Assembly (NCBI GenBank): GCA_036265325.1
Contig: DATAPH010000060.1
Location: 13,993-77,992 of the forward strand
Source: Actinomycetota bacterium
Lineage (GTDB): Bacteria > Actinomycetota > UBA4738 > HRBIN12
Length of the DNA: 64,000 bases
Reading direction: 5' to 3'
Shown: one piece after another, positions 18,193 through 29,000 of the stretch
Numbering within the stretch: the first letter of the stretch is position 1
Layout of the letters: every line of letters begins with the position of its first letter
Notes under the pieces: model-generated
Seen by the model: the letters and a program-made list of their open reading frames with translations, nothing else
Databases searched by the model: none
What the model was told of the DNA's origin: nothing
Translations under genes and position numbers: made by a program

Positions 18193-19200
18193 ATGCCAAC
18201 GACAGCGGTCCGCGTCTCAGGTCTGACCAAGAAGTTCGGCGAGGTGCAGGCGCTCGCCGGCATCGACTTCGAGATCCCCGAGGGCACGATCTTCGGGTTG
18301 CTCGGCCCCAACGGTGCCGGCAAAACGACGGCGGTACGGATCCTCGCGACGGTGCACCACCCCGATGGCGGCACCGCCGAGGTGCTCGGCTACAACGTGG
18401 TCACGGATCCGCACGAGGTCCGGATGCGGATCGGCCTCGCCGGTCAGTACGCGGCGGTCGACCCGAACCTCACCGGCCGCGAGAACCTCCGCCTGATGGG
18501 CCGGCTCGCGCAGGTCGAGCCCGCCGCCATCCCGCCACGGGCGGACGAGCTCCTGCGCAATTTCGACTTGGTCGACGCGGGAGACCGGCCGGCCCGCACG
18601 TATTCAGGCGGGATGCGCCGTCGGCTCGACGTCGCCGCGTCGCTCGTCCAGAAGCCGCCCGTGCTCTTCCTCGACGAGCCGACCACAGGCCTCGACCTGC
18701 AGAGCCGTCAGGCGCTGTGGAACACGATCCGCACCCTGGTCGAGGAGGGCACGACCGTCATCCTCACGACGCAGTACCTCGAGGAGGCGGATCAGCTTGC
18801 CGACGACCTCGTCGTCATCGACCACGGAAAGATCATCGCGCAGGGCACAGCCGGTCAGCTCAAGAAGAACCTGGGGGGCACGGTGATCGAGCTCACGATG
18901 GGCGAGGGCAGCGACGTCGACAAGGCCGCCTCGCTGGTCGGCGCCGTGATCGGGAATCAGCCGGAGCGCCAAGGGACGCTGCTGCGCATGCCGTCGCCCG
19001 AGGGTTCGCATCTGTTGACCCAGATGCTCCGACGACTCGATGACGAAGGCGTGCAGCCGACGGCGGTCGCGCTCCGTGAGCCGTCGCTCGACGATGTGTT
19101 CCTGTCGCTCACCGGTCACGCCGCTGAAGAGGAGCAGTCGCGAGAGAACGGTCAGGGGAACGGGAAGCCGAAGGGCCGGAGGAGTAGGAGGGCATCATGA
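18193..19200 (+). CDS. ABC transporter ATP-binding protein (DrrA-like, ABC-2 exporter)
   Basis: Walker A GPNGAGKTT, signature YSGGMRRRL, Walker B LFLDEPTTGLD. Confidence 0.9.
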   Translation: MPTTAVRVSGLTKKFGEVQALAGIDFEIPEGTIFGLLGPNGAGKTTAVRILATVHHPDGGTAEVLGYNVVTDPHEVRMRIGLAGQYAAVDPNLTGRENLRLMGRLAQVEPAAIPPRADELLRNFDLVDAGDRPARTYSGGMRRRLDVAASLVQKPPVLFLDEPTTGLDLQSRQALWNTIRTLVEEGTTVILTTQYLEEADQLADDLVVIDHGKIIAQGTAGQLKKNLGGTVIELTMGEGSDVDKAASLVGAVIGNQPERQGTLLRMPSPEGSHLLTQMLRRLDDEGVQPTAVALREPSLDDVFLSLTGHAAEEEQSRENGQGNGKPKGRRSRRAS

Positions 19201-20018
19201 GCGCGATCACTGCAACAACCGGCCGCCTGCCGGTCGCGAGGCGCTCGGCGCTCGCGAAGGAATTCAACGACGGGCGCGCGATGATCGGGCGGAACCTGAT
19301 CGCATACAAGCGCGTGCCGCAGCTGCTCGTGTTCTCCACGATCCAGCCGATCATCTTCGTGCTGATGTTCACGTATGTGTTCGGCGGGGCGATCAAGACC
19401 TCGCTGCCGCCAGGTATGAACTACGTCGACTACCTGATGCCCGGCATCTTCGTGCAGACGGTGGTGTTCGGGTCGCTCGCGGCCGGTGTCGGCCTCGCGA
19501 CCGATCTGAAGAGCGGTCTGCTCGAGCGGTTCGCGTCGTTGCCGGTCACGCGCTCGGCGGTGCTCGTCGGCCGGACGGGTGCCGACATGGCGCGGAACAT
19601 CTTCGTCGTGATCCTGATGTTGATCGTCGGCACGATCGTCGGCTTCCGGGTGCACACCAACGTGTTCGCGCTGCTGGGGTCGATGGCCCTGGTCGTGTAC
19701 TTCGGGTTCGCGCTCTCGTGGATCTTCGCAACGCTCGGACTCGCGGTGAAGGACCCGGAGACGGCGCAGGCGGCGGCGTTCCCGATCCTGGCGCCTTTGG
19801 TGTTCGCGTCGGTCGCGTTCGTGCCTGCCTCGAGCATGCCTGGCTGGCTGCAGCCGTGGGCGAATAACCAGCCCGTTTCATCGGTGGTGTTGGCGGCACG
19901 CGCGCTGGTCCTCGGCGGCCCGACGGCGCATTACGTGTTCTGGGCGATCTTCTGGTGCACGGTGGTGCTGGTGATCTTCGTGCCGCTGGGCGTTCGCACG
20001 TACCGCCGCGCGATCTAG
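19197..20018 (+). CDS. ABC-2 type transporter permease
   Basis: Six hydrophobic helices; ATGA overlap with the upstream ATPase gene. Confidence 0.85.
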   Translation: MSAITATTGRLPVARRSALAKEFNDGRAMIGRNLIAYKRVPQLLVFSTIQPIIFVLMFTYVFGGAIKTSLPPGMNYVDYLMPGIFVQTVVFGSLAAGVGLATDLKSGLLERFASLPVTRSAVLVGRTGADMARNIFVVILMLIVGTIVGFRVHTNVFALLGSMALVVYFGFALSWIFATLGLAVKDPETAQAAAFPILAPLVFASVAFVPASSMPGWLQPWANNQPVSSVVLAARALVLGGPTAHYVFWAIFWCTVVLVIFVPLGVRTYRRAI

Positions 20019-20093
20019 CGATCTCGTCACCTATCGCTGAACCGACGCGGTGAGCGACCCGTACTCCCTTCCAAGGTGATGGGGGGACAGGTC

Positions 20094-20492
20094 ATGAACA
20101 GATATCTCGTGGTGTCGGACCTGATGGTCGGGTCGAGCCAGCTGAAGGACTTCGTGCGGAGCCGGACGACCGACGACGCATCGACGTTCTATCTCGTCGT
20201 GCCGTCGATGCCGGACCGCAGCCATCTCGCGTGGGACGAGAGCGAGGCGCATCTGATCGCGCGCAGACGCTTGTTGAACGGCCTGGAGTGGATGCGCGAG
20301 GTCGATCCGGACGCAGACGGCGAGGTCGGGGATGTCGACCCGATCATGGCCATCGAGGACGCGTTGCGGGAGACCGACTACGACGCGGTCGTGCTCGCCG
20401 TCCGCGAGCGGCCACACCGTCGGCGTCTGCGGGTCGCGGCGCGAGCGCGCCAAGCGTTCAACGTGCCCGTCGTGGACGTGCTCGCCGCCTAG
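20094..20492 (+). CDS. hypothetical protein (possible USP/Rossmann-like alpha/beta fold)
   Basis: GC3-rich ORF. ATG of MNRYLVVSD is preceded by GGGGGA. Alternating hydrophobic beta-strand pattern (YLVVSD, FYLVVP, AVVLAV, VPVVDV). Confidence 0.5.
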   Translation: MNRYLVVSDLMVGSSQLKDFVRSRTTDDASTFYLVVPSMPDRSHLAWDESEAHLIARRRLLNGLEWMREVDPDADGEVGDVDPIMAIEDALRETDYDAVVLAVRERPHRRRLRVAARARQAFNVPVVDVLAA

Positions 20493-20503
20493 CGCCCGGC
20501 ACG

Positions 20504-21700
20504 TCAGCTCATATGTGCCAACAGCAACTCGGTCGAGCCGGCGACGCCCTTCAGGTCGACCGGGCCGATCTCGCGGAAGCCGATGTCGGTCTCATCTGAC
20601 GCGTCGACGACCGATCGGGTGACGAGCACCTCGCCGGGCCGCGCGTAATCGGCGATCCGGGCCGATAGGTTCACCGTCTGGCCGAAGTAGTCGCCTTCCT
20701 GGAACAGCACCGGGCCGCACGACATGCCGACGTGCACAGGCGGGAGGCCGGCGGCCGGGATCGCCTCGGCCATCTGGAGCGCAGCGCGCACGCCGGGTCC
20801 GGGGTGGGCGAAGTAGAACATCACGCCGTCGCCGAGCCACTTGATCGGCTTGCCGCCGTGCTGCACGGAGTTCCGCTGGACGAGACGTGCGACGGTCGCT
20901 GCGAGCTCGGCCGCGGCGTCGTCGCCCATCTCCTGCGTCAGGCGCGTGTATCCCGTGATGTCGAGGAAGCAGATCGCGGGCGGCCGCTCGAGCGTGCTGT
21001 GGATCCCAGCCTTCGCGAGCAGCTGCTCGAACCCGCCGATGATGTTCGCCGTCCACTCGCGCGCCTGTTGCGCGTGATAGATCGAGAGCAGTGCACGTTC
21101 CGACAGCGGCGTGACCTTGTCCGAGAACTCCGGGTTCGCGATCTCGTCGGCCCCCTTGCCGGCCGCCATCGCCGGCTCGATCACCTCGGACCGCCACCAG
21201 GCGGCCTCCTGCTCGCTGATCCGGCGCGTCGCATCGCCAACCACCCGCATGAGGCGTTCGACCGCCGGTGCTCGGAACCCCGCCTCCATCTGAAGCTGGA
21301 GGAACGGGACCACCTCGAGTTCGTCTTCCCTCATGCGGTCGCGGGGCTCCGGCTGGGCCATCCCGATCGACTCCCGGATGAGCATGAGCGTCTCGACCGG
21401 GACGCCCGTTCGCTCGCTCACCTCTTGGAACGTCTCGTCGCACAGGCCCGAGAACCGCTCGTACGCCTCGGAGTCGAGGAAGTCGAGGTTGAGGGCACCG
21501 CTCCGCACCGCTTCGCCGAACACGTCGATCGCGATGCCGGCGTTCTCGAGCGATCGTGTGGTGAGCGCGCGGCGCACGTCTCCGTCCGAGAACGTGCTGC
21601 CGGTTCCGGGAACGATGCCGAGGTCCCGCAACCGCTGCAGGTAGGCGGGCTCGACCCCTGCTCGCTCCGCAGCTTGTTCGAGCGTGAGCTCCACGGTCAC
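20504..21700 (-). CDS. class III adenylate/guanylate cyclase with N-terminal MerR-like HTH and middle domain of unknown function
   Basis: C-terminal CHD motifs ICFLDITGYT, KWLGDGVMFYF and GQTVNLSARI. N-terminal LTLEQAAERAGVEPAYLQRLRDLGIV resembles a MerR-type HTH. GTG start overlaps the upstream stop (GTGA). Confidence 0.8.
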   Translation of the reverse strand: MTVELTLEQAAERAGVEPAYLQRLRDLGIVPGTGSTFSDGDVRRALTTRSLENAGIAIDVFGEAVRSGALNLDFLDSEAYERFSGLCDETFQEVSERTGVPVETLMLIRESIGMAQPEPRDRMREDELEVVPFLQLQMEAGFRAPAVERLMRVVGDATRRISEQEAAWWRSEVIEPAMAAGKGADEIANPEFSDKVTPLSERALLSIYHAQQAREWTANIIGGFEQLLAKAGIHSTLERPPAICFLDITGYTRLTQEMGDDAAAELAATVARLVQRNSVQHGGKPIKWLGDGVMFYFAHPGPGVRAALQMAEAIPAAGLPPVHVGMSCGPVLFQEGDYFGQTVNLSARIADYARPGEVLVTRSVVDASDETDIGFREIGPVDLKGVAGSTELLLAHMS

Positions 21701-24700
21701 GGCGCGAGGGTACCGTCCGCCGTGACGGCCTGAACAGCGGGCAACGCCAGAAAGGTCGCGCGGAGCGACTCCTCGTCGATGTTCTCGGCGAGCTGCACGA
21801 CGATGGCCCCGGCTCGTTCGCGGAGCTCGGCCGCTCGCGTGGCGTCTCCGCGGTCGGCGACGACGCGGCTCAGCGCGAAGTCGATCTGCCACGTCATGGG
21901 GGCGAAACTGAGCTCCTCGGCGGCGTCTCGACCGTCGAGCAGCGCGCGCTCGGCCTCGTCCGTCTGGCCGAGCGCAGCCAGAGAGGTGCCCTTCAGCAGC
22001 AGCGCTTCGCACTCGTACGGACGAACGCCCAGGGGACGAAGCCATGTGAGCACGTGGTCGGCTACCTCGATCGCTGCGCCGTGGTCGCCGCGGATCGCCG
22101 CGAGCCGACCCTTCTGGATCTCCGCGTTGGCGGCCGCCGAGAAGGCCAAGAGACCGGGGAGCACGTCGGTCATGCTTCGATCGACCGCCGCCTCGGCGTC
22201 TTTGAGCCGTCCTTGCAGCAGGGCGATCTCCGCCACGGACGCCATAACGAGCGGGATCGCGAGCGCGTTCACGTGCGCGGCGATGGTGAGACCTTCCGCG
22301 GCCAGGTCGGCGCCTTGCTCAACCGCGCCGAGGTTCGCGTACAGAGCGCCCATGTCGGCCCGCGTCGCGGCGAGCGGGATCATGAAACCCGAGGCGTCGG
22401 CGCACTCGATGCACTCGCGCATCTGAGCGAACGCGCGCGCGTAGTTCCCCATCGACGCCTCGACGTGGTAGCTGTTCAGCAAGCTGTAGGACTGCCCCCA
22501 CAGGTTCCCGATCTCGCCCGCGATCCGGTAGGACTTCCCGGTGAGTGCAAGCGAGCCCTCGTTGTCTCCGGCGAGCGCGAGCAGGGCGCCGGTACTCGAG
22601 AGGTTTTCGCAGTACATGGGCTGGTTCTCGAGCTCCAGCCACAACGGGCGGGATTCCTCGAGGACGGCGCGCGCCGTCTCGAGGTCGCCGGATGCGGCGT
22701 ACGGACGCCAGATGTCGTTCAGCGTGAACGCGACCTGTTCGCGAAGGTCGAGCTCGCGCGCGATCTCGAGCGACCGCTCGCCGGCGCGCACTGCCTCCTG
22801 CGGGTCGCCGCCGCTGAACGTGTTCAGCGTCATCAGGTTCCACAGGGCCTTCGATTCCGCGGCGCGGTCGTGGAGCTCGCGCGCCAGCGCGATCGTGCGC
22901 TCGCACAGCGCGCGCCCCGCGACCGCATCGAACACCGGCGTCGGGGTCGAGTACAGGGTGGTCAGTTTGAGGCGAGCCGCGAGGGCGGCCGTGCGGTCCC
23001 CGCTCGCGTCGGCGACCGACTCCATCTCTTCGTACGTGGTGACGGCGTCCTGGATCCGGCCGGACAGCTCGAGCGCGCGACCGCGCGTGGTGTAGAGACT
23101 GGCCAGCGCCGCTTCGGGCCGGCCGAGCGCCTTCGCGGCGTCGATCGCCCAGGTGGTGTGCGTCACGGTCTCTGCGTTCGCGTACAGGCGCGAATCGGCC
23201 TCCGCCGCGAGCGATGCGTAGCGCAGGGTCCGCTCGTCGTCGCCGCCCTCGCGCGCGTGCTGCGCGATGAGCGACGCGCCGGCCTCGATCCGGTTCGCGT
23301 AGAGCTCCTCGTACACCTCCGCCACGCGGCGGTGCAGCTCGCGCCTACGCTTGAGCAGGATCGTCCCGTAGGTGGCGTCCTGCGTGAGGCTGTGCCGGAA
23401 GGCGTACTCGCGCTCGGGCGACCGTGCCGTCTCGATGATCAGCCCGGCACGCTCGAGCGTGCGAAGCGATGCTGTCACGTCGTCACCGCTCACCGCACGA
23501 AGCACGGGCTCGGTGAACGACCGGCCGATCACCGAGGCGAGCTGCAGCGTGTGCTTGGCCTGCTCGTCGAGCGCGTCGAGCCGCGCGGTGAACAGCGCCT
23601 GCAGCGTGGTCGGGATCGCCATATCGAGGTGGTGCTCGTGGACCGCGGCCGTGACTTCCTCGAGGAAGAGCGGATTGCCGTCGGTCCGGGCGACGATCTG
23701 CGCGCGGACGTCCGCTGCCTCATCGGGGATCAGCGCGTCGATCAGCTGCTCGCTCTCGTCGGCGGACAACGCTGAGAGCGACAGCTCGGTCGACCGGTGC
23801 GGGTACTCCGTCTCGAGCCACTGCTTCAGACGCCACGATGGGGCCTGCCGATCGGGCCGGTACGCGAACACGAACAGGCTCGGGATGTCGTCGACGAGCC
23901 TCGCCGTCTCGATCAGGACGTCCATCGACGCTTCGTCGCACCAATGGAGGTCTTCGAAGACGAGGAGCCGCGGCTCCGCGCCGAGCGCCCGCGTGGACGT
24001 CGTCACGAGCTCCGTGATCGCGTCGCGGAAGGCCTCGCCCTCCAGGGGCTGTTCGTCGGGCTCGGTCACGCCGAACAGCGAACGCCAGACGCGCATGTGC
24101 GGGTCGAGGCGATCCTCCCACCCGTGTTCCATGGTTCCGGCGAGCTTGGTCCGCACCACATCGGGCGAATCGGTGTCGTCGATCCCGGCGACGCGGGCGA
24201 CACGGCGACGGTATTGGGAGTACGGCCGGGTTGCGTCGTACGAGACGCACTGCCAGGTTTCCCATGCACGCTGGTTCTCGTGCTCCCAATGTGCGTCGGG
24301 CATGCGCCGGTCCCACTCGGTGCGCGCTTCGGCGATCAGGCGCGATTTGCCGAGCCCGGCCTCGCCGACGATCGAGACGATCCGACCCCCGCCGGACTGC
24401 GCCTCCTCGATCGCGCGGGTGAGCTCGTCGAGCTCGCGGTCGCGGCCGACCAACGGCGAGTCGCGCATCTCGCGGTTCGCGCCGTGCGCGTGCCGGCGGC
24501 CCGTCACGGTGTACGCCTCGACCGGCTCGGCCTTGCCCTTCACCTCGACGCCGCCCCGCGAGTCCACGTCGAACAGCGACTCGATCAGCCGGTAGGTCTC
24601 GGCTGTGATCTGAACGGTTCCCGGTTCGGCGGTTTGCTCCATGCGGGCGGCGACGTTCACCGCGTCACCCATCGCGGTGTACTCGAGCCGCAGGTCCGAC

Positions 24701-25215
24701 CCGACCTGTCCGACCATCACCGGGCCGGTATGGATCCCGACACGGACGTCCAGGTCGAGCCCATGGCGCGCGCGGATGTCCTCTTTATAGGTGGCGATGC
24801 CGGAGATGATGTCGAGGCCCGCGCCGACAGCACGCTGCGGGTCGTCCTCGTGGGCGATCGGCGCGCCGAAGAACGCGAAGATGGCGTCACCCATGAGCCG
24901 CGCGAGCGTGCCCTCGTAGCGGTAGACCGGAGCGATCAGGCGCTCGAACGCGCCGTTCATGATCTCGGTCCAGTCCTCGGGGTCCATCGTCTCCGCCATC
25001 GCGGTGGAGCCCTTAACGTCGCAGAACAGCATCGTGACGACGCGGCGTTCCCCCTCCATCGCGCGGCCCGCGCGGGCGGCCTCAAGCTTGGCGAGCAGCT
25101 CGCGCGGCAGGAAGGGATCGAGCTCGCCGGCTCCGGTTGCGTCCAGCCGGTTCCCGCAGGCGTTGCAGAATCGAGAGCCTTCGGGATTGCTCGTGCCGCA
25201 CGCCGGGCAGTTCAC
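21697..25215 (-). CDS. multidomain signalling protein: double zinc ribbon - class III nucleotidyl cyclase - AAA/STAND ATPase - TPR repeats (1172 aa)
   Basis: NCPACGTSNPEGSRFCNACG (zinc ribbon); VTMLFCDVKGST...GDAIFAFFG (CHD cyclase); Walker A GEAGLGKS; long C-terminal helical repeat region. GTG start overlaps the nei stop (GTGA). The 370-aa Arg-rich N-terminal extension in the track is rejected. Confidence 0.85.
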   Translation of the reverse strand: MNCPACGTSNPEGSRFCNACGNRLDATGAGELDPFLPRELLAKLEAARAGRAMEGERRVVTMLFCDVKGSTAMAETMDPEDWTEIMNGAFERLIAPVYRYEGTLARLMGDAIFAFFGAPIAHEDDPQRAVGAGLDIISGIATYKEDIRARHGLDLDVRVGIHTGPVMVGQVGSDLRLEYTAMGDAVNVAARMEQTAEPGTVQITAETYRLIESLFDVDSRGGVEVKGKAEPVEAYTVTGRRHAHGANREMRDSPLVGRDRELDELTRAIEEAQSGGGRIVSIVGEAGLGKSRLIAEARTEWDRRMPDAHWEHENQRAWETWQCVSYDATRPYSQYRRRVARVAGIDDTDSPDVVRTKLAGTMEHGWEDRLDPHMRVWRSLFGVTEPDEQPLEGEAFRDAITELVTTSTRALGAEPRLLVFEDLHWCDEASMDVLIETARLVDDIPSLFVFAYRPDRQAPSWRLKQWLETEYPHRSTELSLSALSADESEQLIDALIPDEAADVRAQIVARTDGNPLFLEEVTAAVHEHHLDMAIPTTLQALFTARLDALDEQAKHTLQLASVIGRSFTEPVLRAVSGDDVTASLRTLERAGLIIETARSPEREYAFRHSLTQDATYGTILLKRRRELHRRVAEVYEELYANRIEAGASLIAQHAREGGDDERTLRYASLAAEADSRLYANAETVTHTTWAIDAAKALGRPEAALASLYTTRGRALELSGRIQDAVTTYEEMESVADASGDRTAALAARLKLTTLYSTPTPVFDAVAGRALCERTIALARELHDRAAESKALWNLMTLNTFSGGDPQEAVRAGERSLEIARELDLREQVAFTLNDIWRPYAASGDLETARAVLEESRPLWLELENQPMYCENLSSTGALLALAGDNEGSLALTGKSYRIAGEIGNLWGQSYSLLNSYHVEASMGNYARAFAQMRECIECADASGFMIPLAATRADMGALYANLGAVEQGADLAAEGLTIAAHVNALAIPLVMASVAEIALLQGRLKDAEAAVDRSMTDVLPGLLAFSAAANAEIQKGRLAAIRGDHGAAIEVADHVLTWLRPLGVRPYECEALLLKGTSLAALGQTDEAERALLDGRDAAEELSFAPMTWQIDFALSRVVADRGDATRAAELRERAGAIVVQLAENIDEESLRATFLALPAVQAVTADGTLAP

Positions 25216-26030
25216 CTGCCGAACGATACCGGGCGTCGCGCCGGGCCATCGTCGGTCGCTTGGCACGTGGGACACCACCAGACCGTCCGCGCCTGCTCGC
25301 CGAGGCGCTCGGCTCGGATCGGCGTCCGGCATCGCGGGCACGCGCGGCCCGCTCGGTCGTACGCCGCGAGGCCCGAGGGGATCGTTCGGCGCGGGCGACC
25401 GATGTTGGCGCGGAGCAAGCGATGCGCCGTCGTGTAGAGCGTGCGGCGGACGTCCGGTCCGACGTCCGCGAGTCGTACGCGCGGCGCGACACGCTCGGCC
25501 CACAGGACCTCCGAGCGATAGACGTTCCCGATGCCGCTCGCCGAACGCTGATCGAGCAGCACGACGCCGATCGGGGTGTCTGGATCGAGCCCACCCAGGC
25601 GGAGCTCGATCTCGTCGAGGTCGATGGTCTCGTCGCACAGGTCGGGGCCGAGCGTCCGCAAGACGGGATGCCGTCGAAGTTCCGCGTCGGTCAAGAGCTC
25701 GACGGTCGGCGTTCCGCCGACGACCGCCGAGGCGCGCTGTGTGGAGAGCCTCGCGAGCAGCCCACGGCCTGGGGGACCGCCGCGCGGCACAGCCCGACCC
25801 GGCGATCGCTCCACGCGCCACCACCCGTCCATCCCGAGATGCGTGTGCAGCGTGACGCCGCCGTCGAACCCGACGAGCAGATGCTTGCCGCGCGCGGTGA
25901 CGTGCATCGGACTGCCGGGCGCCGGCTGCGGGCCCCGAACACGGGGTCCTTCGAACGAGGCAAGGGCATCGCTGCCGAACGCGGTGCGGAGCCGCTCGGC
26001 GGCCCCGTGGATCGTGTCGCCCTCGGGCAC
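25212..26030 (-). CDS. nei: Fpg/Nei family DNA glycosylase (endonuclease VIII-like, Nei2-type)
   Basis: N-terminal MPEGDT (catalytic Pro2), H2TH region and C-terminal zinc finger CPRCRTPI...WWCPTCQ; 272 aa; lies 3 nt downstream of the lhr stop. Confidence 0.9.
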   Translation of the reverse strand: MPEGDTIHGAAERLRTAFGSDALASFEGPRVRGPQPAPGSPMHVTARGKHLLVGFDGGVTLHTHLGMDGWWRVERSPGRAVPRGGPPGRGLLARLSTQRASAVVGGTPTVELLTDAELRRHPVLRTLGPDLCDETIDLDEIELRLGGLDPDTPIGVVLLDQRSASGIGNVYRSEVLWAERVAPRVRLADVGPDVRRTLYTTAHRLLRANIGRPRRTIPSGLAAYDRAGRACPRCRTPIRAERLGEQARTVWWCPTCQATDDGPARRPVSFGR

Positions 26031-26033
26031 GGC

Positions 26034-29000
26034 TCAGCCTCGGAGCGTCACGCCGCGGTAGTCCTCCGCGAAGCCGGCCGCGCGGAGCGCCTCGAGCGCC
26101 GGGTGCTCCCACACCGGCACGGCGTCCACCCTCCGAAGCTCGATGCGACGGACGCGCCCGTCCTTCACGAGCGCGGCGAGCGCATCGGCCCAGACGCCCG
26201 GCTCGGCGCCGCCGAAGGTCGTCAGCGTCTTGCCGCCTCGTTCGAGGAATGCGACGGGCTCGCCTTGGTGGATCAGCACGAACGCGCCGGCTGTCCGCGA
26301 GGGACGGCCGGCTGACTCGGGCCACGGCAGCATCGCCCCGAACGGCTGCGCCGGGTCGGCGGCGGACAACGTGAGGATCTCCGCGTCGGGAGCGGGGTCT
26401 CGCACCGCGCGCAGCCGGTCGATCGCGCCCGGCAGCGCGAACTGCGCCGCGCCGAGGCCGGCGACGAAGTAGCCCCGCCGAACGGTCCCGGACGCCTCCA
26501 TCGCGCGGAGCACCGGATAGACGGCGGCGAACCCACCAGGGACGTCTTCGGCGAGGGTCGCCTCACGTGTCAACACCCCGTGCCGGTCGAGCAATTGCAT
26601 CGCGAGCGCGTGCGCGCGCTCCGTCGGCGACGGTTCGGCGGCGAGCCGCTCGACGAGCGACCATCTGCCGGCACCCGCCGGCGGGCCAGACACACGAAGG
26701 GCGCCGGGGCGAGGACGGCCGGTGCCATGCCCGCGGCGACGACCGCTGTTGCCTCGGACGAACGACCGCAACGGGGCGAGCGTGTCGTTCGTGAGCTCGC
26801 CGGCCCATACCAGATCCCACAACGCTCGTAGCACCACCTGTTGGTCGGCGATGCCTGAGGCCGAGAACAGATCTGGCCAGAACGAGGCGCCGCGCTCGGA
26901 GAGGTGCGCCCGGATGGCGTCGTGCACGGCGCCCACGGGCCGGTCGTCGGGCGCAGCCCGCATCAGCACGCCGGCGCGCTCGCGGAACAGGAGCGTCACT
27001 CGCCCGTCGCTCGCGCCGATGGAACCGCGGCCGATCCAGACGACCTCGCCCGACGCCACCAAGCCGTCGAGATCCGTCGGCCGGAACCCGTTGACGCGGG
27101 CGGGAAGCACGTCGGCCTCGAGGATCGACGCCGGGATCGACGCTCCCTGGAGGCGGCCGATCGTCTCGATCAACGCGTCGACGCCGCCGCGCGGGCGGTC
27201 GGCGCCCTGCCACGCGGGCACGAACCGGGCGAACGCCGACGGATCGACCGGCTCGACCTCGCGACGCAAGCGCGCGAGGGAACGCCGCCGGATCCGACGC
27301 AGCACGTCGGGGTCGCACCATTCCCGGTCGCGTCCGCCGGGGCGGAACTCGCCGTGCAGCACGCGTTCGGCCGACTCGAGCGTCTCGAGCGAGGCGCGAA
27401 CGCGGTCGAGGCCGGCCCCAAGGCGAGTCGCGACGTCGTGCGCCTCGAACGGACCGTGGGTCCGCGCGTAGCGCGCGACGAGCACCTCGAGCGGCCGCCC
27501 CTGCGGATCGGTCGGTTCGGTGAACGCCGCCGGGACGCCGATCGGGATCGTGACGCCGAGGGCATCACGCAAGCGTCCGGCGTCTTCGACGGCGGCGATG
27601 CGCGGCTCGCCCGCGACGCGAACCTCGATCGCGCGACCCTCCGCGACGAGCTGCGCGGCCCATCCGTCTACGTCGCCATCGGTTCGGCTCGCGATCTCGT
27701 CGATGCGGAGCGGGCCGAGCTCGCGCAACAGGTCGTGCACACCGTCGAGGCCGCGAGCGTGGCGCCCGTCGGCGAGCCGCTGGAGCTCGAGCTCGACCTC
27801 GTCGAGCGCGGCCGGGTCGAGGAGCTCGCGCAGGTCCTCCGCCCCGAGGAGCTCGCGCAACAGATCGCGATCGAGCGCCAGGGCCGCGGCGCGTCGCTCG
27901 GCGAGCGGCGTCTCCGACTCATACATCGAGACGGCGAGCCACTTGAACAGCAGCGACTGCGCGAACGGCGACGCATGATCCGTATCGACGCCCGCCACGC
28001 GGACACGGCGCGACCGGACGCCGGCCATCAGCTCTTGCAGGGCAGGCACGTCGAAGTAGTCGCGGAGGCACTCCCTGGTCGCCTCGAGCAGGATCGGAAA
28101 CTCAGGGTGTGCGCTTGCCGCCGCGAGCAGGTCGGCGCTCCGTTGTCGTTGTTGCCACAGCGGCGTCCGCATGCCGGGCCTGCGCCGCGGGAGAAGGAGC
28201 GCCCGGGCCGCCGCCTCGCGGAACACCGCGGCGAACAGCGGCGTTCCGGGCAGCACGTCGATGACTGCGTCGGCGACCTCGTCGGGGTCGAAGAGCAGCA
28301 TCTCCATCGGGAGGGTCTCAACCGCCTCGGGCAGTCGAAGCACGATCCCGTCGTCGGTCCACATCACCTGCGCGCCCGGCCCGAACCGGTCGGTGAGTCG
28401 CGCTTCGATCGCGAGGCCCCAGGGCGCGTGGACGCGCGAGCCCCATGGCGTGAGGATGCAGATCCGCCAGTCGCCGAGCTCGTCGCGGAACCGTTCGATG
28501 ACGATGGTGCGGTCGTCGGGAACGGCGGAAGCCTCTGCCTGCTCGTCGACGTACTCGACGAGGTTCCGGGCGGCGCGCTCGTCGAGACCGAGATCGCGCC
28601 CGAGCTCCGCCAAGGCGTCGTCGCGGTGCTTCGATCGCAGCTCGCGGGTGAACTGCCCGATCTTCCGACCGAGCTCGGCCGGGCGCCCCGGGCCCGGCGC
28701 CTTCCAGAACGGAAGCTTGCCGTGCTCGCCCGGCGCGGGCGTCACGATCACACGGTCGCGGGTGATGTCCTCGATCCGCCACGAGCTCGCTCCCAACAGG
28801 AAGACCTCGCCGCGGCGCGACTCGTACACGCATTCCTCGTCGAGCTCGCCAACGCGCGACCCCTCGGCAGTGAAGACGCCGAACAGACCACGGTCCGGGA
28901 TCGTGCCGCCCGACGTGACCGCGATGCGTCCCGCGCCCTCGCGAGCCCGCACCGTGCCGCCGGCGCGGTCCCAGACCACCCGAGGGCGGAGCTCCGCGAA

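Noticed and set aside
21697-26325. N-terminal extensions proposed by the ORF track (for example 1542 aa for the cyclase-STAND gene, 778 aa for GGDEF-EAL, 830 aa for the phosphatase, 1026 aa for decarboxylase-permease, 603 aa for MalG, 493 aa for the SBP, 458 aa for P450, 434 aa for the ADH)
   Set aside because: The extensions overlap upstream genes, are Arg-rich with no domain content, and often start at TTG/GTG far from any RBS. Internal starts with an RBS, a signal peptide or a conserved N-terminal motif were used instead.
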